Shown here: in pieces, positions 55,101 through 64,000 of the stretch | How the letters are laid out: the number at the start of each line of letters is the position of its first letter | Numbering within the stretch: the stretch's first letter is position 1 | Source: Balanoglossus misakiensis | Taxonomy: Eukaryota > Animalia > Hemichordata | NCBI GenBank assembly: GCA_040954595.2 | Contig: CM082586.2 | Location: 929,630-993,629, forward strand | Length of the DNA stretch: 64,000 nt | Direction of reading: 5' to 3' | Translations under genes and position numbers: made by a program | The notes under the pieces: generated by a model | Seen by the model: the letters and a program-made list of their open reading frames with translations, nothing else | Told to the model about the DNA's origin: nothing | Databases searched by the model: none

Positions 55101-58100
55101 AATCTATTTTTGGAATTTACACGGAAACGTTTGTTTAAGAAATTACCGCGGGTTTCAGGAAGCCTGCGAGTTACGTGACATCATGCATTTTATCAAACTT
55201 TTGGGTGAAAGCACAGATTTAGACATTTTTTTTCTTTTAAATGTAAGAAGAACTTATTGTAAAGTACCAATGTGAACCTCACAAACATTGGACATGTGAG
55301 AACATGTTCACATTTCTTATAATAATTAACGCTGTTGATGTTACCAATTACCACCATTAACCCATGCATTAATTCACCACCAATCAATGCTTCCATTAGA
55401 TATCATATCAAGCATTACATTTACAGGTGGGGTTGCCTATGGTCCGGTTCCAAATTTATGCTTCTATAATACAGCTTATCAAGCATTATCTTTGCAGATT
55501 GGTTTGTCTATATTATTTGTTTCCAATTTTTATTTCACCTTTCTGTTCTCGCTGTCTCCACATTTCTCTTTCTGTCAACTGTTCTTCAGTGAGATTATCT
55601 ACAAATCAGTAGAACAACCATCAACAAAACTCATATTGGCTATAGCAATTTCAAGGTGGTAGAACAGCACCACACCGATCAGTATTTAATTATTTACCAT
55701 CAGTATTACACACCCCATGATAAATACTCAGGAATTAATGTCTACATGACCAACTTTGGCTCGATCACCAGCTTATTATGTTAAAATAAAACTGCAATGG
55801 AAACACCTGGTGCAGTTAAAAACACACGCTAGTTAGCAACCCATCTGGATACACAAGTCCATCCAACAATGCACGCTGTCATTATTATCGGGAGAGATTG
55901 GTTATCACGTGCACAGATGCCACCAGCATTGTACAACATATACATTTAGATGCTCTGTTTCTTGTCATGGTTGCTGATCGATGGTATTGTTAGCATGTCT
56001 GTTCCTCTCACTCAACTGAATCCAGTGCTACATTAATATTGAGCATGGGTACCTACCGCAGTTTGATTCATCAGTGCCATCGAAACAGTCAGGGAACACA
56101 TCGCATACATAAGTGCTATCTATGCATATTCCACCGTCGCATTCAAATTCTCCTGTTTGGCAAACTAGAGAACATAGTTTGTTAGTAGACACAGGCACAC
56201 ATTAATAATAAGGATATACGTTATAAACTGATGTGGTGGTCCTCACCAGAAAGTACAGAATATCAATAGTAGTGTTTAAATTCTTACCTGGACAGGACAC
56301 TTCATCACTGTTGTCGTCACAGTCTACGTAGCTATCACAATACTGGTTGAGGGGGATGCACTGGGAATTGTTACACTGGAACTCATCTTGTCCACAGCTT
56401 TCTGTATCAACAACGAAATGTAAAGGCATTGTTATGACCGTTACTCTCAGAATATTCCATTTTCATCAGAAGTCGACAAGTGCTTTGTGCAGTCACTTTT
56501 TATTTTTTCAGTTATTGGACAGCTACATTCCTTCTTCCTTCGCGCGCCTGTTGTTTTCCAGATTTTTCTTTTAAAACCACCCGCCCTATTTCCTTGGCGG
56601 TTTGTGCTTGAATTAAAACGGATATGCCCAAATCGCTCTGTACTGGCAATGCTCCCATAGGCACAACCAGGTACAAGCTGATATACTTCACACTTTCTAT
56701 CATCATCATCATCATCTCTACTTTTATTTGCAAAGCACGCCCTACACACGGGATGCAGTGCAACGAAACAGAATAATGTAGCTTGGATAACGTTAACGGT
56801 TATAATATGAGGATTCAGTTCACTACTATTCAGATTTTATGTATGTGTGGGTTGTTTGGTTATATAAATAATGACAGGCGAAAGAGTACAAAGATGTTTG
56901 GCAGTGGTACAGAGATAATAAAAGGCATCATGGGGTTTTATATATTACAAAATTGTCACGCAAGTTCTTTGCAATAAGACATTTATCCTGCATTGCACAC
57001 TGTTAAGACATTATACTTTTAAGAGGTTTTGTGGAACTACTGACATGAATTAACGGCACCCTGATATCGACATGGTATACATGCAGGTACGGTGGGTGAT
57101 GGTGATTTCTTAAATCGCTGGAGTATGAACTGATTACGAAAATTAAGGAGTCAACTGAAAGATGTGCTTTTGCCAAAACTCCTCTTCTGAATTAATTCGC
57201 CTATTATTCTAACTGTAGTGGATATATTGGTGCCATCTCTTGTTCATCTTCTTTTTATCACAGTGTACCTCAACCAACTGCGACATGTGGTAAATTGAAC
57301 AAGGAAAATGTAGTCTTTTTCTTGCCCAGGTAGAAGATACGTGTTTGTTCTGGTGTCACGCAAATATCTACAAAACCCACTTTTACTAAAATGCCCTTAG
57401 CATGTGTGTTTTAGTAGACACGTCACTAAGAATGTTGATATCGACATCAATCATTCTGCTGAACACGCATGTATATCTCTGGGCACAACTGGAACCATAT
57501 GGAGTTTATACCAGAGACAACAATATCAATTCTATAGAAAGAATGTCCCTTTATATTCCATTGTGCTACAATGATAATTTCTCAAATTCTATTGGTTTGC
57601 TTTGGTTATATTTTGTTGATATTTATTGGGATGGTTATATTCTGTTGGTTATGTTTGGTTCGATTTTGTCGGTTTGGTTTGATTATGTTTTGGTTTGGTT
57701 TGGTTAGAAGGCTTTGCTGTGAGCAAATGTCTTTATTGTGTGAAAGGATATTGCAATTCACCTTTTAGAATTATTGAATAAAATTCCAGTATGTTTAATT
57801 GGCATGTTACTGTAAAACTGGCGTCACAAAGACCATTTGGTTGGCACACGATAATGAAAAAGTGTGAATACTGTATAAATGGATGAGTAGAGGTAGTTGG
57901 AAGTGTCTACTTGCAACTTTCTCAAAAATCAGGAATTTAAGGTACTCACGGCAGTCAGAAGTTTCATCCGAACCATCAGCACAATCAATGTATCCATCAC
58001 AAAAGTCGGTCAGTGGCAGACATTCACCACTTGAACAAGAAAACTGACCAGCGCTACAGTTGGGTGAGGTAGTAAATGTCTCGTATGAAGTTGTGGTCGA

Positions 58101-58232
58101 TGAATATGTGGTTGTACTCTCCAACGAACCAGAGGACGAATCTTGTCCACCAGGCAAACCTTTGCCATGGTTCAATATTTTGCCGTACAACAGTATCAGT
58201 GAAAATTTCAGAAGTAACCTGCGTGTAGCCAT
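40170..58232 (-). CDS. Polycystin-1-like / REJ-family receptor-channel (PKD1L-type), about 2331 aa: signal peptide, 4xLDLa, 5xEGF, S/T/P repeat, 2xLDLa, REJ, GAIN/GPS, TM, PLAT, polycystin channel domain
   Basis: 38 phase-consistent exons (6996 nt): 58232-57950, 56401-56288, 56164-56057, 55103-54993, 54247-54155, 53863-53741, 53622-53503, 53015-52893, 52640-52518, 52261-51989, 51569-51443, 51269-51091, 49826-49656, 49358-49090, 48866-48720, 48603-48559, 48320-48189, 48071-47981, 47771-47713, 47290-47045, 46858-46750, 46610-46483, 46362-46095, 45945-45857, 45752-45522, 45336-45005, 44854-44550, 44391-43814, 43714-43588, 43439-43216, 43090-42913, 42673-42437, 42248-42125, 41959-41737, 41597-41498, 41301-40741, 40616-40473, 40270-40170. 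Motifs: CLCNHLTSF (GPS); [13 protein letters not shown] / LRIWHDNSG (PLAT); [23 protein letters not shown]; YRGGGYV; [12 protein letters not shown]; [12 protein letters not shown]. Confidence 0.92.
40741..43439 (-). CDS. Polycystin gene TOP and cation-channel (PKD channel) domain exons
   Basis: [15 protein letters not shown]; ARLRHLRI; [11 protein letters not shown]; YNANVNLF; [12 protein letters not shown]; [25 protein letters not shown]. Confidence 0.92.
45005..45945 (-). CDS. Polycystin gene GPS motif, TM1 and PLAT/LH2 domain exons
   Basis: WKSSGCR|[23 protein letters not shown]; TM helix [27 protein letters not shown]; [12 protein letters not shown]...WHDNSGKG...WFLDKV. Confidence 0.92.
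49977..50601. mobile_element. Putative non-autonomous insertion in a polycystin intron
   Basis: GC/CpG-richer than its flanks; 10-bp terminal inverted repeat AAGGTGTCGC / GCGACACCTT; subterminal hairpin GATCTGAT-TT-ATCAGATC at about 50571-50588. Confidence 0.45.
51713..51974. mobile_element. Palindromic non-autonomous element with two inverted-repeat pairs, intronic
   Basis: Perfect 34-bp inverted repeat AGCAATAAAACACCCCCAGCCATGGTATACCACG (51877-51910 / 51941-51974), plus an 18-bp pair ATTATACCAGTATATTGA / TCAATATACTGGCATAAT (about 51713 / 51854). Confidence 0.7.
52132..52240 (-). repeat. Coding 36-bp tandem repeat x3 (mucin-like S/T/P linker)
   Basis: [12 protein letters not shown] / [12 protein letters not shown] / [12 protein letters not shown]. 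Confidence 0.8.
52518..54247 (-). CDS. Polycystin gene exons 5-9: five EGF / calcium-binding EGF repeats
   Basis: [41 protein letters not shown]; [26 protein letters not shown]; [27 protein letters not shown]. All are symmetric phase-1 exons. Confidence 0.88.
54993..58232 (-). CDS. Polycystin gene exons 1-4: signal peptide, S/T-rich linker and four LDL-receptor class A repeats
   Basis: [32 protein letters not shown]; [14 protein letters not shown]...CDDNSDE; [14 protein letters not shown]...CFDGTDE; [15 protein letters not shown]...CYDGSDE. One domain per exon with phase-1 junctions. Confidence 0.88.
57590..57705. repeat. Degenerate (TTTGG)n pentanucleotide repeat
   Basis: TTTGGTTTGATTATGTTTTGGTTTGGTTTGGTT in polycystin intron 1. 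Confidence 0.6.
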
Positions 58233-58764
58233 CGCCGACTATGCTTTGATTTTGTTTTTCGTTTTCCAGAATCCTCGGATGAAACCTATCTCCCATCAAG
58301 TAGAACGTGATATGGCGTTGTCACAGCGATAACACAATTTGCACGAAAATATGGGTGCTAAAAATCACATCCATAATCAAGTGTGCACGTCATCAGGGTA
58401 CAAATGTCATACGACAAAAATGGCGCGGAAAGTTGAATATAATTTCTTTCAGTTCTTTGGAAGATACTAAAATTTCCATTGAAATGTCATGACCAATAAC
58501 ATTTATTGTTTGGTGAACTGGTGAACCAGTTTTAAGTCTTGTAACACGAGAAATTCGCAAACTGTTTAATTAATAACGGTCCCTTCATGTGACTGTATTT
58601 CTGTAAAGAGGTTCTGAGTGGAGAATGTGTCACATGTTATCTTGAAAGATGGTAATATTGGAACTGTCTTTACTACGATTGTTGAGGAGAGATACAGTTA
58701 TGTTTTGGCACGTTTTATTGATTTTGGTATGACTTTTTTATAACATAGTATATAGGAGCAAACT

Positions 58765-58821
58765 TGCGCATGCGCTATTTTATTGGCAAGGGACATCAAG
58801 GTAGCATCCAAGAGCCGGAAG
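58765..58821. promoter_or_regulatory. NRF1-like and ETS motifs upstream of the polycystin gene
   Basis: TGCGCATGCGC at 58765 and CCGGAAG at 58815, about 550 bp upstream of the ATG. Confidence 0.3.
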
Positions 58822-61800
58822 CAAACTGTCATGGTAAACCGTTTCTAGGGTATAAATACCCATGGCATGACAAGACATCTATTCTGTCAGAATGGCATGT
58901 ATTCAGAATCGAAGATAATTGAAAAAAAGACCCTAACATGTTACCAGTTAACGCACCAGTGGTTCCCACATGGCAAATTAATCGAAGTGGTCCTCCAGGT
59001 AACCTGCTCACGTGATGACCATATGTGAATATGTATATGTCACATGACTGTTCAAGTAACTATGGCACGCGTGGTGTGCATTCTCCGATTGTATACTATC
59101 TTTTACGTAGTGTTAGTTGACAATGAATGTTGAAAGCCTGCGTGATTTATCATTGGATAGGGAGTGTTAAACCTGAATGTTAGCTTGAAGGCTAACGATA
59201 ACCTACTACTTCCAGAATTGAGAAGCATAAATTTACAATAGAATGGAACTGAACTGAACTTCCCTTATTTAACGTCAGTGGTTTTTATTTCCAGTATTAA
59301 CCTCAAATAATCTGCCTAAAGTATCGCGTTAGTCTTATCGTTACTGAAACATTAAAATACAGCAATCACACTTCAGGCCTGTAAATGGTTTATTCACCAC
59401 ACAGCGTTGTGACCTTCATGTGCACATCAATGTGACATTTATCGTACATCAATATCACGGTACAAATGTAAAACATTTCCGTGGAAACCATATGCCCTTA
59501 AAATTCCACTAGCATAGAAACGATGCCTAAAGTTAGTTGCATAGAAATTTTCTTTTAATGAAAGTTACATAAGCGTGTTGCACGTACCTGAGGTAACGAC
59601 TGTTGACATGACTACAAACGCATACATGAGATAGGCAGATATCTGATGGCCACAGTGCCCTCTCGAGGTGATACCCGACATCATTCAATAATTTCTGTCG
59701 ATGGTGTCGTAAAAGAGATTATATTGATTGCGCACACAGAACGTTCTCTGATGTGACCTAGAACGAGAACAAGTTAACATGCGATAAGTTATATCAAGTG
59801 GTTGGAATTTTTTTTTAACTTCAGGATTGACTAGAACAAAGTAGTCGGCACGAGTCAAGCTACAGGAGCAGACTTTTAGTGTAGTTCCACTAAGATGTTT
59901 TGGACAATTATCGAACTCACTGTAGTCCACAGACATTGTGACGCTCTTTATGATTATTTGAGACTTGTCACCTTACTTTTCTCACTCACATAGTACTTGT
60001 TTTGTTCCCCTTATTCATTCCACGTTCAAAACAACAGCCAGAGGTACGGAAAACACTTATAAAGAAATTAAGAGCCGGAACGCAGTTAAATTTTCGGAAG
60101 CAACTGCTAATTTTCAGTCCTTTTCCAAAACAACTGAACAAAGGAGACTGAATAAAACGCGGTTGCTTTCATCCGATTGCATTATTATTGAAATTGATGA
60201 TTGTGGTAATCAAAAGTGACAGAATTCAATTTTACAGTTTTCTACTCTCTTTCTCCCTAAATGATTATTTTCTGTTTTCTGATATATGAGACCCAGCAGT
60301 ATGTGGCATTACAGGTCTACAAATGCAGCAATATGTATGTAAATAAGTAATGTTTTTTACACCACGTTATTATAAAAACCAAATGAAACGGAAATTGAAG
60401 TCGAAAATCTTTTTAAGAGGTTGTCGATTATGGCGAATTGCTTTGATTTTAATACGTAGATTACGCTAATTAATCTAAACAAATATAAACCATGAAATAA
60501 TATACGAGATTTGTGGAAGACCTTTGAAAGCCGTTTATTCAAGATCAGGGTTCTTTATTGGGAAACAAAATATTCATTTTGCTTGACAGTACAAGGTGTA
60601 TGGAATTATCAGTGTGAAAATAATGTATTTCGAAAAAAATTAGAAATAATCATTTTGCTTAAAATAGAAGCGATAACGGTGACATTTGGACGTGTTAATA
60701 TGAGAGGAAAAGACTGATTTTTGTTGGGCGGTTATTTTTTGACCAAGAAGTGATATCCTATGGTGCGTGTAATCTTAGACAAATGAACTCGTCTCAATCT
60801 GCGACATTTCGCCAAAATCGCCCTGCAGTGTCACCAAACTCTGCATTCGTTTGATTGTTCCTGCGCTTGTGTTATTTTTATGGTTTATTGCGGCAGTTTG
60901 ATCTCTTTGTGTGCGAGTATCTTCGGTTGAGGAATTTACAAGCATGACTGCCTATATATTCAGAACCTAGAAAATGCGACACAAACATTTCTAATGGTCC
61001 ACTTTGAGCATGCTGTGTGATATAATTGGTTAAGAGGCAATAGCTGTACGTGCCATTTCTGATTTGTATTTCTTTCTCCCGTAATTCATCATCAAGTTCT
61101 TTATTTCTAACTCTCCACTGAATCTCTATAAGACTTCCCAGCAAGCTGGCTAACACGGCAACGGCAAGCTGGAACCAGCTTGACAACTCATCCGGAAGAT
61201 GCCGTTTATGGCGGAACGTTTTATCATGAAGACCAATAAAATTATATTGGGCTAATGAAATAAATAGTTCACAGAATTGACACGCGAAGTTCATGGAAAC
61301 AGTTTGAAATACCAACCGTTTTTTTCCGATATCATGTTTGATCATGCATAGACCTTCAATTTTAAATGAAAGTCTTTAAAAACCATTCAAAATAACAGCA
61401 ACATTCTCACCAAGCAAGATATATCCAACACACCTGTTAACTACTACTCCTACTACTATAAGAGATAATTTATCACTAATTTGTTCCAATAAAAGCAAAA
61501 GAAAGAAGTATGTTATCAGCTCAATGTATTTTTTACGTCATAACACTTTTCACAATGCAATTTCCTTCTCAAGTAAAAGTTCCCAGTTAATGGCTTTACA
61601 CAAAGAACCACTGATGGAAGATCTAAAGTTTCAGAAATTAATAGCAACATGTATGGTTTGGAAGAAACATGATATTGGACACAAACAATCCCAGTAAATC
61701 GAAACCCTCTGATAGGAGTCTTGTATTTTACGGAATTCGAGTACCAACATCAATAATGTTAAAAATATATGCATGACTGTACTTACCTTTCTGTGGTGTT

Positions 61801-63684
61801 GATTAAAATTCACACATTCGGACATCAAAGTATACTAAATCGAAGTACGTTCAGTCAGATCCATCCAACTATTGCTTTCCTCTCTTGGTGTCTGTTATGT
61901 AGAAGAAGCGAGTAAAAAGCAATCCGCTTCAACAGTTATAAGTATTGTGGCACTTGGACAGAAAAATTGTAAATTACTGCAGCGGTTGCCAGGTGACTGG
62001 ATCAGTTTTCCCTTGAAACACAATAGTATGGACAGTGTTTGCGTACTTGAACGTGCTCATGCACGCATGGCTTGGAAACATAAAACAGCAACTAGTTGAC
62101 ATTCATGCATTGTGCTTTTGGCAGCCAAAATATGACAGAAGGCCCGGCGTTAGTATTCCTCAATAGCGGCATTACTATGGCAACTATTGTGTCATTATTA
62201 TAAATCGTTTATGGTTGATCGTCATTGGACGAACTAGTCGTGATGACGATTGTGTTTATGTGAGTGGAACGCTTCTAAATAAGTATCACAGGATTTGCTG
62301 CCAGATCAAAAGGTAAACCTGCAAACTATAAGAACCTGTGTTTTTGCTGAGAAAGATTTCTTTTCATCCAACTGCATGCAGCGAAAAATTTGAGCGCTTT
62401 CATAGGCTCTAAGCATCAAACAGTGCTCCTTAGAAATATGATTTCCTGGGTAACTCACCGTATGGATAATGCTTGGCGTATTTCAATTAATTTTTTGGAC
62501 CTTTGTTGTCATCAGAAACCGTGTCGGCACATCAAAGATGTGGCTCCACCAACTTGATTGCTACAAATACATGTCATCCATTGGTCCATTGGAACAAATG
62601 TCTTGTGATACTTGTTGGTGCTGTGTCCATAAATATTTGCACTGCTTGTGCTAGATGTATAAACTTAAGCATCACATCATAGACAAAATAATCTTGTATT
62701 GAGGAGATGTTTATTCAAAAAAGACTTATCCATCTCTTGAGCACAACACATTTTCTGAACTTTTAGTGAATTACGTTAATTAGAAAAAATATGAAAGTTG
62801 GATACTGTGATGCTGTTCACTTGTATCATAGTTACGAGACACCAGGATAATAATTTCTATCAAGCTTTTGATCTGTATATGAAAGATTAATGTTTAATGA
62901 AAATGCTATGGTAATTGCACTAAATTTTAATTTCACTAAAAGTCCTTTAGAAATTATGTATAGACCACTGATTGTTTGCAACGGCAGATAAATGCACAGT
63001 GCAGTCATATTTACCTCAGCTGTCTTTAGAAAAGTCCAACTTTGCGCTTTATATTTTTAATGATATTCACTGCTTTGGTTTCAGTTAAACTCTGGTAGCA
63101 ATGAAAGAATACTTGAGTGGGGTCCACATAAAAACTACTCCAACTGGAAAAAGGATCGTGCAATGCAACATCGTCTTAATGCAGAATGCTTTTGAATAAT
63201 TAACAATGGTTAGACTAAAGGGAAAAAGGGAATCAATACATGTTGATTTATTAGCCACAATTGTCGCAATTAATTGACATAAGAAACGTTTTAGACATCT
63301 TTCTCGAGTGCAATTGTGTTTATTCGGTGAATTGGCATGATGTTGTTCACTGGATGAGGCCACTTAAAATACATAGTGATAATTTTGCAAATTGCATAAT
63401 ACAAAGAGTTGGAACATCTTTCTAAGGATACCTTGATTGTAACTGGCTATCATGTGATACGTTCAAGTATGTGGTGTAGCAATGGCCTATAACTGTTCCT
63501 GTGTAAAGAGGGTCTTCTCAGCAAGAAAACCATTTAGTATAGAACGTCCTGAAAGTACTATCTCCACTACATCCCATGTAAAGCTTGAAATAAATATTCG
63601 CTGGAGAGTATGTGGATGTTTTTGTATGACAAACTTTATTCAAAAACTTTATTTTTGCAAAATCAAGATTGAATTAAAAAGCAA

Positions 63685-63861
63685 TCATTGTTTTGAACTA
63701 GTGCCATGACGACCTCTCCAGTTTTTGACAAGTCTTTTAATTGGATCAACGACACTGTCCGGATTTCTGTATAACATGTGGCGATCAGCTCCGTTGACCA
63801 AGATGTGTTTGCATCCAGGGTGAACAGCAGAGACAAGATACTGGATAGATTTTGCCCAGGC
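63685..63861 (-). CDS. Terminal coding exon of a gene entering from the right edge, probable alpha/beta-hydrolase-fold protein (partial)
   Basis: After an ttctag acceptor reads AWAKSIQYLVSAVHPGCKHILVNGADRHMLYRNPDSVVDPIKRLVKNWRGRHGTSSKQ*. This resembles the last strand, His loop and C-terminal helix (P..V...I..L) of alpha/beta hydrolases. Too short for the ORF track. Confidence 0.65.
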   Translation of the reverse strand, partial: AWAKSIQYLVSAVHPGCKHILVNGADRHMLYRNPDSVVDPIKRLVKNWRGRHGTSSKQ

Positions 63862-64000
63862 CTAGAATGTATAAAACATCAATTTGAATAGATAAATACG
63901 TACACACACACATCAGTAACTCTTAACAGGACATTGTAGATACACTCTACGGTAAATTCAAGAAATAACTGACCGTCTAAATCAGAACTGAATATTGTAT

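Noticed and set aside
1-64000. CRISPR arrays, operons, rRNA or tRNA genes, autonomous transposase or reverse-transcriptase ORFs
   Set aside because: None seen. The window is spliced eukaryotic DNA with no repeat-spacer array or long transposon ORF.

Overview
AT-rich, intron-containing eukaryotic DNA. The gene content and transposon style suggest an invertebrate deuterostome such as a hemichordate (inference only). Four protein-coding genes were reconstructed by hand from splice sites and exon phases. (1) An extracellular heparan-sulfate 6-O-endosulfatase (Sulf1/2 family, + strand, CDS 23940-32599, 18 coding exons, about 879 aa), preceded by about 23 kb of probable 5' intron/regulatory DNA. 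(2) BAG1 (- strand, 37344-38753, 6 exons, 206 aa). (3) A 38-exon polycystin-1/REJ-family gene (- strand, 40170-58232, about 2331 aa) whose ectodomain is an LDL-receptor-like array of LDLa and EGF modules. (4) The last exon of a probable alpha/beta-hydrolase-fold gene (- strand, 63685-63861). Several MITEs, palindromic elements and microsatellites are also present. The most striking signal is that the last Sulf exon is coding in two frames. Including a 40-nt exon gives the conserved WDGWxG end; skipping it gives a 147-aa acidic tail with ten Ser-Gly dipeptides, i.e. a candidate Sulf-proteoglycan isoform. Also notable are the LDLR-headed polycystin and an exact 49-bp duplication over the BAG1 start codon. 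All gene models are unverified by transcript data.
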